NCBI RefSeq assembly: GCF_018977255.1
Contig: NW_024704743.1
Span: 16,742,001 to 16,806,000 of the forward strand
DNA length: 64,000 nt
Source of the DNA: Callorhinchus milii
Lineage: Eukaryota
Direction: 5' to 3'
Below the pieces are notes generated by a model. The model was given only the letters and a program-made list of their open reading frames with translations. It was not told where the DNA came from and searched no databases. Shown here in pieces: positions 50,790-63,244 of this stretch. Each line of letters opens with the position of its first letter. The stretch's first letter is position 1. The position numbers were made by a program, and so were the translations under genes.

Positions 50790-51372
50790 ATTATTATTAT
50801 CAGGCTCTGACACTGTCTCATACCGCAGGCCACAGTAACCCTCATACATGCCTTCATTACATCGAGGCTCGACTATGCAAACTCACTGCTTGTCGGCCTC
50901 CCCAACTCCTCCCTCCACAGGCTGCAGGTCATCCAAAACTCTCCCGAACTAGGATCCGTGACCCTATCAGCCCCATCCTATCCCAACTCCACTGGCTTCC
51001 CATCACACAGAGGATACAGTTCAAAATCCTGGTCCTCACCTTCAAAGCCCTCCATGGTATTGCTGCCCCCTACCTCTCCAATCTCCTAACCCCTACCATC
51101 CTGTTCGCTCCCTCCACTATCGGCGGGCGGGCCTTCCGCTACTCTGCACCCACGCTCTGGAACTCCATCCTGCAGTCCCTCCATCTCGCCCCCTCCCTCG
51201 CCACCTTCAAGCCCCAACTCAAGACCCTTCTCTTCGACTGCGCTTTCGATCTCCCTGCTTTCCCCCCACCCTTCCCCACCCTGATCCTCAGCTCGGGTCT
51301 GAAACTCTGTCCGTTCCTTAGAACGTCCTCCCACTGTGAAAGACACTATATAAATTGAATTTTGTTGTTGTA
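50790..51372 (+). mobile_element. L2 LINE 3' fragment
   Basis: LHWLPITQRIQFKILVLTFKALHGIAAPYL, followed by the tail. Confidence 0.92.
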
Positions 51373-52062
51373 TAATTGTTGTAATTGTTTGAATCCCACG
51401 AGCAGAGGAGAGCGAATAAGTTCTTTTCTGCTCACGGGATTCAAATTGATTCAAAGTCGATATCCCTGGCCATATTAAATATTAAAGGCCAACAGGCATG
51501 GTGAGACAGGGACACCCAATAGGAATGTGGGCCAACGGGAGTCTACACACGGACCAGTCCAGCTAGATACAAATTCCAGAAACCCGGAGTCCAGTAAACT
51601 GGCGATTTATTGTATTCACATACATGTACCCTACTGAGTTATTAATCTGTTGATTGCCACTGTTTACAGGCAGTGTAAGACTGTATTAGAGGTGAAATGG
51701 GCAAACATTAATTCTGAACTGTTTAATCTGAACCATGTCCAAACCTACAGCTCAGGATTAAGTAGTGTTTAAGAATATTATCGAAACAGCATTCCTGAGT
51801 GAATACCTGGAGAGTGTTCATGACAGAAGCTGATACTGAAGAGAGGAAAGTAGTCTGTTGTGGATCAGTTGAGTTTGACGGTGCTGTTAACATATAGATA
51901 TCATCTCAGTGTGTGGCATCGACCCACCTCAGCAGAGAAGAAATTCTCCTCGCCTGCAGTGCATATTCTGGATATTAGTGCCTTAGTGGTGCAGATATCA
52001 TCCTCTAGCTGATAGCACCAGTGATACTCCTTCAATAATGCAGGAAGATGTGCCAGACAGAA

Positions 52063-52305
52063 CAGAACACACTGTAAAGTGAATTGACTGTATATTTGTG
52101 GGCGAACGCGGCAGCCAATTGCGCACAGCGATGTCCCACAAACAGTCATGTGGATTGAAAATGACTAATTTATTTGTATTTTTGGAGGGATTATTATTAG
52201 GCGTGTGGAGTAAGGAAACTTGCCCGAGGTTTCGCCCTGCCTGGAATTGAACTCGGGTCTCTCACTTGCAAAGCGAGTGCTCTAACCACTGAGCTACAGG
52301 ACTCC
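52063..52305 (-). mobile_element. Young tRNA-Ala SINE lacking its tail
   Basis: Near-consensus head and body, stopping at ...tttacagtgtgttctg. Confidence 0.92.
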
Positions 52306-52311
52306 ACAAGT

Positions 52312-52540
52312 ACTTAGGAATCTGGTTTTTAGTCGATGGATGGATCGCTTTCTGAGGGTAATAATCCCTTTTTTAAAAAAATTACACTCAAACTGCCAGG
52401 TTTCGCCCACAAAATACACAGTCAATTCATTTTACAGTGTGTTCTGTGAAGCGCTTTGGGATGTCCTCCCGACGTGAAAAGTGCTATATCAAATGCAAGG
52501 ATTATTATTATTATTATTATATTCTGTGAAGCACTTTGAA
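52312..52540 (+). mobile_element. Rearranged SINE: long-subfamily body remnant, young tail, then an old tail stub
   Basis: ggaatctggtttttagtcgatgg...; gggatgtcctcccgacgtg...(ATT)n; then attctgtgaagcactttga. Confidence 0.8.
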
Positions 52541-52944
52541 CCAGTGAGCCATGTTTCTCAAGAACCTCAGCCTATCTCAGACTTTCTATTCCTGTTTATC
52601 TCATATTCGTCAACCTCACAGAGCTTTACTATATTGAACAGAATTTCTAAAAACATAGTTGTCTTCAGCATGAGTCTGCAATGCTCTTTCTTGGAAACAG
52701 CCCATCATTAAGGATATACAACTTCATTTCTTTACAAATTCCAGGATCACATCCAAGGAAAATAAACTGTTCAGGAAGGGCCTTAATAACCCTTTGAGAT
52801 CTCCATTTGAATTTTGCTTCATGCCGTTAAGTTTTACACGGAAAGTTTTTTCAGCAAACTGGCTGATGTTCAACAACGCTGGAAGAAACTTGACATGCTT
52901 TATGGACATTACAGTCCACATCAGGTATGGTCATTGCTCATAGA

Positions 52945-53380
52945 TAAGCTGTGTTGCCTACCAGGAAGCTCGCAGAGAGTTAGTGGTACTGGCTATCCAT
53001 GTAGTGAGGGCTCAAACCTGCACTTGTCAGATGTCAAATAACCTCTGGTGACTCTCCTCCTTGGGGAACTGGTGAGTGCGGAGGTAAATGGGGTATCCTT
53101 AGAGCTGAACTGGCTCTGAGGTGACATGTCTGGCAATGGCATGTCACAGTTGAACCAGCCCTCTGAGACGGTCGCTGTAGTCCAGTTCCTGAGCTAGGCG
53201 GGTCCACAGTACTCCAGGGCACCAATGATGACAGCACAGACAGCCTGGCTCATCGGCAGGACCTGGAAAGAAAGACCAGTCAGTGGAGGCAGGGAATCAT
53301 CCCACTCAGATCCTGTTAACCCTGCAAGCCAAAGCCCTAACAGTTCAGATGGTCCTAGCTAGACAAGCAGCAGGTAGCTG
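52945..53380 (+). mobile_element. RTEX-like family internal fragment
   Basis: Matches the reverse complement of 47060-47460 (ggaagct.gcag.gag, atcca..tagtgagg.ctcaaacc, gagctgaactggct.t.aggtgacatg). Confidence 0.75.
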
Positions 53381-53637
53381 GTCCAAAGGACTGGTACAAT
53401 GGTACCTCTGACAATATAGTGCTGAAAGGATAGTGAATACAGTGAATAAGAATTTCCTTGTTTAATATTTTGTAATATAGAATCTTACCCCTTACTCCCT
53501 CCTCTTTCCTGGAAACCATATACCTTTTCTTTCTCCCCTCTCTCCCTCTCCTTCTCTCTCCATTTGAATCAGAGGATTCCAGAGCAAGCAGATGTTTGTC
53601 AAACAGTATAAAGTTTAGTTATAATAATGTTTTAGCT

Positions 53638-54007
53638 ATAATAATAATCCTTGCATTTGATATAGCGCCTTATCACGTCTTTGAGACATCTCAAAGCGTT
53701 TCACAGAATATACCGTAAAGTGAATTGACTATATTTTGTGGGCAAAACGTGGCAGCCAGTGGCACAGAGCAGTGTCCCACATACAGTCGTGGATTGAGTG
53801 ACCAAGTTATTATTTATTTTTTAAGGGAATATTATCCCCAGAAAAGTGATCTGCCAATCGACTAATAGCAGGGTTCCTACTTACTGCTAGGTGAACAGAG
53901 GGATGTGGAGTAAGTAAGCTTGTCCAATATTCTGCGCTGCCGGGAATCAAACTCAGGTACTCTCGCTTGTGAGGCAAATGCTCTAACTACTAAGCTACAG
54001 GACTCCA
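53638..54007 (-). mobile_element. tRNA-Ala SINE, long subfamily
   Basis: Full-length reverse complement. Confidence 0.92.
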
Positions 54008-54319
54008 CTAGCTCACAGAAATGCAGCAGGTTTAAATCCCCAACTACATCTCCTCTGGGAACAGTTTGTTATATAATTTACCAGAAGTTAGAAACACAAT
54101 TTACTTTAGCATAGATCACATGCCAGATGTTTGGGTAGAACTGCAGCAGTATTTTTAATTCTTGGACCATCATCAGTCAATGCTTTCTGAATGGCACCAT
54201 ATGACTTTATCAGAGAAAATTAATAAATGAATGTCTTGTGATGAATTTGATAAGTACTGAAATGAAATCAACTCTATTTTCCATAAACGTTATTCCATAC
54301 TTTTGTGCAGCTATTCACT

Positions 54320-54720
54320 GTAGAAGAATTTGCATTGTTATCGTGCCTTAATGCATCAAAACATCTCAAAGTATTTTACAGCCGTTGCTGTCAAGTGGAG
54401 TGACTTTCTTGTAGGTAAATTCAACAGCCATTTTCTCGCAAACAGCTGAGAGGTAAATGATAATTCATTTGGAGGATTGTTGGCTAAGACACCAGGCACC
54501 AGATAAAACTCCCTTCTCTTTTCATATTGGTTTGGGATAGCCACCAACAGAGCCACACAAGACCTAGTGTCATCTGAACAAGGGTACTTCTGACAACACA
54601 GCGCATCTCAGCAATGAACTGCCGTGTCAACCTGAACTAAAAACCTCAGTCCCATTATGGGGATAGAACCTGCAAGCATCCAACTCTGAGGGGAGAGTGC
54701 TAACAACTGAGCCAGGCTGT
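54320..54720 (-). mobile_element. Old DeuSINE
   Basis: Head (…ctctgagggggagagtgctaacaactgagccaggctg) and Deu-like body on the minus strand. Confidence 0.7.
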
Positions 54721-54984
54721 TGTGTGTACTGGCATGAGCAATTGTTTTCTGCCCAAAATAGAGATTATGGACTTGACCATAACACCGGGAATAACTTTTC
54801 CCAGTAATTACAGTTTTAATTCTCCTTGTTTTAAATAGCTCCCTCCTGATTAATCGCCTGGGACTCATACACCAAACAGAAAGACTGCTTATATTCAGCC
54901 TCCTCTTGTGCATCACTTAACTAGTTAGTAGGAGTGCACACATATAGATCCCCTCCTTTGCTATTGTTCTCTTCTTTCAACAAA

Positions 54985-55220
54985 GTACCAGATGAGGCCA
55001 TTCAGCCTGTCCACCATTTCATTAGACCATAACAAAAATCTTTTTAATCCAATTTTCTTGCCTTTTCTGCATAATCCCTTAATACCATTACTTCCCAAAT
55101 ATCTACCTGCCTCTCTTTTAAACATTCCAATTGATTCTACGTGTAGGGATTTCTGTGGTAGCACATTCCACATTCTCACAGCCTCCTGCGTGAAGAAATG
55201 TTTCCTGATTTCAGCACTCT
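54985..55220 (-). mobile_element. CR1 3' end
   Basis: HFFTQEAVRMWNVLP...FKREA.RYL...GIKG, then gctgaatggcct. Confidence 0.8.
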
Positions 55221-56685
55221 CAGGTTCTCCCCATAGGTCAAGTGAAGATTGAAAACTAACTGCATGGGGCAGACATCACAGCTGAAATCTACATTACACG
55301 CTTAGTGGCAACGCACAGAAAATGACTGATGTCCCACCCCACCACAGCTTATGTGAGAATATGTTTAAAAAATGTAGCAAGAAATGCCCACCTCACCAAA
55401 CATATCCAGATTGTTGCCCAAACCAGGGCTTGTCCAACAGTGTCAGTAAGGGGGGCTGACTATCTTAACAGTTTAACACAGGAAAGCGCTCTTTTAACGT
55501 CCTACACATGTCACATTCCTAGCCAATTAATCACCTCAGATGTCACTGTATGGGACCACTGCAACTCTCGAGTCAAACTGGTTCAAATGTGTGTAAGTGC
55601 GCAGGCCATGGGAAACGATTAGCCTTTCAACTCTGATTTAACTTCCACCTCAGCAATTAAGACCATAAAGGATGCTAGGATCATTGAATGCAAAGACGTC
55701 AATTAGTCGCTGAGGTGCTTTCTATATGATGCTCAGAAGACATGGCCCATCTTGCCAGCATTCACGGAGTACAAGAAGCACCACTCACAAAGTGCCAGTG
55801 CATGTTTTTAAGGCTTTAAATAACAGCTCTTTAGTACACTACATTTTTCAATGACTGACTCCACTGGTCTTACCATCAAAGAAATGCTCTCTAATGACCC
55901 ATAAACCTAAAGGAAGTTAAGCTGTACATCACTTGGAATTCTGTGACTGGGACCAGAGAATTTAATAAACACAACTGCGGTAACATTATCCTGCACTTTA
56001 ATGAAAACCCGAAGAAAGAAACATTCCCAGAAACCACGAAGATTGCACTAATAAGCTTAATTATTAAGTGGGCGTGAAAGAAGTATTAATGCCAGCCTCA
56101 GTCTAGACCACAAAAATGATAAAAACTCATTGCTAAATGTCCCAGCTACGATGGAATTGAGATCGTAAACCCAAACTGGGTTTATTTAGGGGCAAAGCCT
56201 GAACTCTTTTCATGTGGTGCTTTCTGTTCAATTCTATTTGAATGATTCTCTTTCAGGGTAACAGCTGAGCAATGTGATACTCAATGGTGTTACAGTAAAG
56301 AGCACTGTGGGGTGGGGAGGGAAGCAGAGAGACGATTGAGGCGACAGTTTGCGCAGGCTGAGTTGTGTAAATAGAGAAACTGTGTTGCTGCCTCTTGCTT
56401 TCTGTACAAGTTGCTGGTGTATTTAACTTCAAAGCTTCAGAACAAAGAGATGTATAGGAATCCAGCCTCTGGATTGTTTGCAGTGTTTCCACGGTCGATT
56501 GTGGTGAAATGAAAAGGAACTGAGTAGAACCTACCATGACATCCAGAAAATGTGCACTGAGCTTCTAATTAAACCCTGTGACGCTGAAATCTCGGCTCTC
56601 TGTCAGCTCGGTCTAGTCAAGGAAGGCAACTGTGAGATACTCACTGAAAACTTATAAAAATAATTGCTTTCATCATTTACCTATA

Positions 56686-57042
56686 GTAATAATAAGAATA
56701 ACCCTTGCATTGATACAGCACCTTATCACATCTTTGAGATGCCTCAATCTGCTTCACAGAATATACTGTAAAGTGAATTGAATGTATATTTTGTGGGCAA
56801 AACATGGTAGCCAATTGTACACAGCAATGTCCCACAAATAGTCATGGATGGAGTGACTAAATTATTTTTTTAAGGGATTATTACATACATAAAAGTCAAT
56901 TGATTAACAACTGTATTCCTTCTTACTGCTAGGTAAACAGAGGCGTGTGGAGTAAAGAAACTTGCCCAGTGTTTTGCGCTGCCCGGGAATCAAACCCAAG
57001 TCCTCTCGCTTACGAGGCAAATGGTCTAACCACTAAACTACA
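56686..57042 (-). mobile_element. tRNA-Ala SINE, long subfamily
   Basis: Reverse complement of tail, body and head. Confidence 0.88.
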
Positions 57043-57429
57043 TGCTCAATTTACCAATGAAGGTTTACAGTGAAGGTACAGGAGTCAGAAATGTGGTGTT
57101 CCTAAACACTAAAAAAAACAGATTCCTGTTCCTTACTTTCATTTAATCTAATGTTTCAATCTTATCATAATAATTCTTGCAATTGATATATGGCACTTTA
57201 TCATGTTGTTGATACATCTCAAAGCACTTCACAGGATATACTGGAAAGTGAATTTTGTAGGCAAATGTGACAATCAATTTGTTCACAGCAATGTCCCACA
57301 AACAGCCATGAATTGGCTGACCAATTTTATTCCTGCAAAGACATTCACTTAATTTCCAATGAATACTATTTTGTAATGTGTTTCGAGATATTTATTTTGC
57401 ATGAACGATGTTATATTGGGGCAGAAATT

Positions 57430-57790
57430 ATGCTGTGGTGGATAGAGCTGCATTTTCAATGGGAGTACCTCGATGTCCTAATCCCAGACCTTATTGAGTT
57501 TGCTGGTCTCGGCCAGTGCTGCACACTAGAGCTAACCTGGCCTGGGTTAGGGAGGATAGAATCAGCCACGGATCCTGCTTCTCATCCTGCTTCAACACCC
57601 TCTACTGGCATTGAGCGTGTGTGGCAGTCGGGTGGGGGAACAGTTGGGCTCAGCTGTACTGCCCTCTACAGTTGGGGGTGGGGGCGGGGGGCCTACCAAC
57701 ACTCACTACAATATCTCGCACATGAACAATGACCCTTTGGCCAAAGTATCGGAAGACAAGAAGCACCCTAGAATTTTACCCCATCAAGAG
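57430..57790 (+). mobile_element. Ancient SINE-like repeat of a further family
   Basis: tgagtt.gctg.tct.g.ca...gggttagggagga.agaatcagcca.gg.tcc.gct also occurs, degraded, near 19215-19325 and 11585-11640. Confidence 0.5.
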
Positions 57791-59399
57791 GAGGCTGAAG
57801 AGGATCCAGAAGCGGAGGGGCTAGAGTTGAGAAAATTCTAAAAAAAAATTGGATGCACTAACTCTTAAACATATTGCCTGTCTCCCAGGAACTGCATTGT
57901 CAGAGATGCTGTTCTCTGTAAACCAGGATCCTACCTTCCTGTACTTCAGAGAGAAGTGATTTTCTCCTGGTGTCTTGGCCAACAATCCCCTCCCTTCATT
58001 GGCTGCTGTGTTCACCTACAAAGTAGCCAGTCACTACACTTGACAGTGATTACTGGAAAGACATTTCAGCGTGACGAGACATTATCTTAAAAAAAGCAAA
58101 ATTCTTTCTTTCTAACTACATGAGGGGGAATGGGCATGAGATCAATTGTCCACCAACCTTTACTTATGGGAGTAGATTACATCTGCTGTTGCTGTTGCTT
58201 GGAGGGGAACTGTATCAGCTGAATCTGGGGAATCTGTAAACACAGTTACATAGTGCTGTTATTTGAGCCTCTTTGTGATTGAGGATGGATTCCCTTTGTT
58301 TCTGGGTCCTTATACAGTACATACGTTGCATAGCTTTGAGCACTGGTCCACAGCATTGCCACTTTTCACATGGGAATGGTCAACAGAATAATAATGTGAA
58401 CAAACAAGCCCATTGTGATTCAATTTCCATAGCATTCTGCTTTTTTCTAAAAGCTCATAATAAACTCATTAATTGAATATGGAAGAAGTATTCGAGCTGT
58501 TCGAGCACAAGGCATAAGTGGGAAGATGTATTTGGGAAGCCCAGCTGGTGCCTTGAACTCCCTTCCCTTTCAACACTGCTCGGCTGAATGAACTCAAGTG
58601 AGAAGATTGTTGTGTAACTACAGAAAGCCTCTGAAAGTGCTTCACTGAAACACAACTACCGAGGCAGTAATATCTCAGCCCTACCATTTAACTTCAGCTA
58701 AACCAATCTTTCATGTCACTGCAAAGACAGTAGTTATCCCATAGCATTTCAATTTACGTTAGGAACTTGCTTTGCTTTGATGGCTGCCTGTAAATGTGTA
58801 AACCAAGGGAAAGGGTAATTTATTTGTTCTTTATATTTATCAAAACACATTCGAAAAAGGGAAGTCTGACCCATTGGTTGTTGGATTATTCTGCGAGTCG
58901 GTATCTTGGGTGGGATAGAGCGAAGGAGAATATAGTTAAGTTTTACATTGGTGCTGCAATTTATTTATTCTTTAGAAATTATATCATAACTCAAAAAAGG
59001 GAAGGCTGACCACTTAGTCGTTGTGTTGCTTTGTGAATCAGTGTCTTGGATGTGGGAATAGGGTGGAAAATGGAGCAGAGTTTTACATTGGTGAAAGCCA
59101 ATAAATGATATTTTATTTCAGTAAGAATTAAATGTTGTCCATTCCAGCTATGGCTTCTGAGGCATCATTTTTTGCTTTTTTTGGTGAATTGGAGTGAAGG
59201 GCTTTTGATTACATTACTGTAACCACTTTAGCGCCATCCATTAAGTGCGGCAGTGTTTAACATTCCACCATTAGATTTAGCAGCAAATGAAGAACGAACA
59301 AATTTACATTTTTATAGCACCTGTACCTGAAATGTCTGAAAGTAATTGCCATGTGCTCCAGGATGCATGAAGGGCACTATATAAAGGTAAGTTGTGTTG

Positions 59400-59710
59400 C
59401 TGTTGTTGTTGATGTATAATAGCAATTATTGTAGTGACTGTTTATTATAAGCAAATATTGCAGCCTGTTTATACAGAGCAAGCCCTTCCAAAGGCCATTA
59501 GGTGAATAACCAATTAATTTGGGGAATTGTTGGCCAGACATAAACAAAAAAACATGTTTAACACCTCATCTGAAGGATGGCACCTCCAACATTGCAGTAT
59601 TTCCCCAGTTGATGCATCAGCCTAGACAAGGAGGTCAAGTGCTGACATCAGGCTAGAATCCGCAATCTTCTGACATAGAAGTGAGATTGCAGCCAACTGA
59701 ACCAAGATGA
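59400..59710 (-). mobile_element. Old DeuSINE
   Basis: ctcatctgaaggatggcacctccaacattgcagt...cttctgac...caactgaacc. Confidence 0.7.
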
Positions 59711-60097
59711 CAGCAACTGAGTTGTTGTGTTTACCTACATAAACAATCACTATACTTGACACTTATTACTATAATGTCATTAGTATTAAAATAGTGAAAA
59801 TAAGTAGCCTCTCAGATTGGCTAAATAGTTTAAATGTGGTAATGGTGTCTGTTAGCTGCAGGTCTATATTCTACAATCTTTTCATGGAGAGTACTTTTCA
59901 TACCCAATTTACAAACGCCGGATTTCGGAAAATAAAGGAGACATTTCAGTACTGAGAATTTTTAGCTTTTTGAAGGACTTTTGCTTTCTTCCCTGACAAA
60001 CCTGTTTTTTAAAAAAAACTTGTGCAAGAAAGTCATACCACTCTTGCATCCCTCTCATCCCTCTATACATGAACTGCACTAGCCATCTTATTATAAT

Positions 60098-60319
60098 ACA
60101 CGCCTAATAATAATCCCTCCAAAACCAAAAACAATAATAAATTGGTCATTTTCAATCTACGACTGTTTGTGGGACATTGCTGTGCGCAATTGGCTGCCGC
60201 GTTCGCCCACAAATATACAGTCAATTCACTTTACAGTGTGTTCTGTGAAGCGCTTTGAGACGTCCTCCCGACGTGAAAAGCGCTATATCAAATGCAAGGA
60301 TTATTATTATTATTATTAT
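60098..60319 (+). mobile_element. Young SINE, short subfamily, 5'-truncated
   Basis: Near-consensus from acacgcctaataataatccc to (ATT)n. Confidence 0.92.
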
Positions 60320-61364
60320 AAAGTGCTTTGAGACATTTGAATGCGATAAGCTGCTAGAAAAATTCAATTTCTTTCTTTCAAACTTTTTGGGGGAGTGCCA
60401 ATGGGAAAACACAAAAATAATGAACACTGTTAAGTATTTCAACAACTTCTCGATTTATATAGATCGAGCACAATGTTGGTAATACATCTGTGCAGGAAGT
60501 TGAGACGTCAATGAAAATGGAGTAAAACCAAAGAATAAATATAACCTCCTTATGGTAGGACAGTAGTCATTGTTCCTAGTATATTGGGGAGTAATGAGTA
60601 TCTGTTTAGAGGTGTTGGTAAGATTCCCTGAGCACAAGTGCAAAACATGACCTGGGACAGAGGTACACCTATGGAAGACTTTTAGCTGGTTAAGCTCCGG
60701 CAGTACCTCAATGCTCATCTTAGATCCCCGAGCCTTGGTTTTCGGCTACATGCACCTAATCCATGTACCCTCCCCGATCCCGACCCCCAGCTTGGGTCCA
60801 AAACACTGATTGTCCAGTGCCTTGGGGCATCCTCCCGACGTGAAAGGCACTATACAAATGTAATTTTGTTGTTGTTGTAATATGTTCTGGGATTAGGTAA
60901 ACATGGTTTGTTCCTCCGAAGAGAGTTTGGTTACTCCATTCTAGAGAAAAGAAAATTTCCATGCATATTTGTAATTCTAAATCTAGTTTGGATACCTTTA
61001 AGAATGGTAATGTTCTTTGTATGTGTCAGATAACTAGCTGACCAAAATAACACATCAGTGAAGGATGTGTGGAAGAAGTATGAAGATCTGTAGAGGAGTG
61101 TAAAAATGTATGTATCCAAAGTTATACGAAAGATTATGTACTGATTGATTCAAATGCTAGTCATGTGCAAGTGGCACCATGTTGTCAGCAGACTCGTTGC
61201 TATTTTAGGTGACCTTAGATTTTCCATGCAGATTGTTAAAGACTTCCACATCCCTTCGTTGACATACAATATGAAGATGGTTAAGACATTATAACAAAGT
61301 TTATTCCTATTGCCATTTCCTTTTACAAAGCAACTGCTCAACTTTCTTATTTTTATTGTGCATA

Positions 61365-61650
61365 GGCTGTCTCAGTTTGGTAGGACAGAACTCTCCTTTC
61401 TGAGTCAGAACGTTGTGTGTTTCAGGACAAGTCTACAGTGCAGCACTGTGGACACTTTGTATTGTCGGAGGTGCTGTCCTTCCGATGAAACGTTAAACCG
61501 AATTCCGTCTGCCTGCCCTGGATCTGTTTAAGATCCCATAGTAGATTGGAAAAGATAAAGGAATTTCTCCTGGTGTCCTGGCCAAATATTGTCCGGATTA
61601 GTAATTGGCCTCTTGTGGGACCTTGCTGGGTAATAATGGCTGCTTATTGA
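61365..61650 (+). mobile_element. Old DeuSINE
   Basis: ctcagtttggtagg...tctgagtcagaa head, tgtcggaggtgctgtccttccgatgaaacgttaaaccga. Confidence 0.75.
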
Positions 61651-61764
61651 ACCTTGCTATGTGCAAAAAATAACTTTAAAGAAATATGCATTTGTGATTC
61701 TGCTTCTGATTCTTACATCCCATCTGATGTGAAATGCATGTGCTTTGCTATGTTTAGTGCCTGC

Positions 61765-61946
61765 CTAAAGTTTCTGGGATTAGGTGGACAGCTTGCATCC
61801 CTCCACTGAGAGAGAATGTGCACTCTATTTCAGGCAAACAGAAAAATTCCATATACATGAGCAACCCCCAGTAGTTTGGTTTGGATATTCTTAAGCTTGA
61901 CGATGCATTTCCACATGTATCCGACGCCCAGCTGACCTTAAAAAAC
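61765..61946 (+). mobile_element. RTEX-like family 3' end (a second short copy lies at 60880-61048)
   Basis: ttctgggattaggt...tttccacatgtatccgacgcccagctgaccttaaaaaa. Confidence 0.7.
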
Positions 61947-63244
61947 TTTGATTAAGAGAGCAACTATAATAGTGAGAATTCGGGCAATTAAATGTTCTGA
62001 AACATCATACATTGATTCAGGACCAATTTTAGCCGCTATCTGCCTCCTCCCCAGTCTCTTAAGTAGTTAATGAATCTGAAGGCTGTGTAACTGGGTAACA
62101 CTGTCCAAAAACATAATGAAAGCAATATGAGCCTCACCAATATACCCTGGCATTTGCTCAAAATCATGTCTGCAAGGGAAAGAGGAAGAATGCAGAGTCT
62201 TCTCATGCTTTTCATAAAAAGTACTTTAAAGTAAAAACAGTAATCCTAAGTAATGTAGGAGAGGTGAACAGATGCACCCCACCCCGAGTTAAAAGGAATC
62301 AAACATCTTTGAGGATTGAACACATCCTATCAAACCCCATGGTAACTTCCACATAAAAGCGAAAGGTTTTGAGAGATAATAGAGAATATCAGATCGCAAT
62401 ATAAAGAGACCTTCCTACCCTAAAAACTGAGGCAAAAATATAAATAACTTTCCAAACTAGAATAAGTTTCCAATACTCCAATCATCTATCTGTCCGTTCT
62501 GCCTGATATAGACTGCTTTAAATGCAAGATCATGGTTCAATCTATAAATGACCCAGTAAAATTAATGAGACAATGAATACAAAAACTCTATTAAACAATA
62601 CAATAATTAATAAAGCAACTGTATTTTTACTCTGGATGTCCTTCCCCTCTGCAATTTCCTTAACTTAGCTGAAAACTACTGATGCAGGACAAATACAAAA
62701 ATTCTCAGGCACAATGAAGCCCATTGAATCTTGGCCAATGGTATCTGTATTTTAAATTACCCTCATATTTTATTCATCCCACTTTCCAGCTCTTTCTCCA
62801 TATCCCCAAATGATTTTACTACCTATGTGTTTATAAGTCCCCTTTTGAATGATTCCACTAATCCAGACTTTGAAGAGAATCTAAGTTTACTTCTGTGAGA
62901 TATCTTATAATATTTTGAGCATTGTTATAAAAGTTACCTTGGCAATTAGGTTTTTTTCATGATCCCTGGATTTAAAAGTAATGCTCGTTTTAATAAAGCA
63001 CCTTTCATTTCGGGAGGATGTATAGTGACTATAAATTTGTAGGCAAATGCATCTCTCTTCTTCATTCAGGTATTTAAGCATATACATGTTATTGCCGGTT
63101 TAGTTTTTAGCTCCGTCTCCGTTGTGGGTAATGCAGGCAAGGCCATCACTGATTGGCTGTCCCTGGTTGCCCTCAGTTGATGGGCCTCCCTATCGATCTG
63201 TCCATTCCCTCCGCTAAGCAGCTTGCTCCACGTACCCAGGTAAG

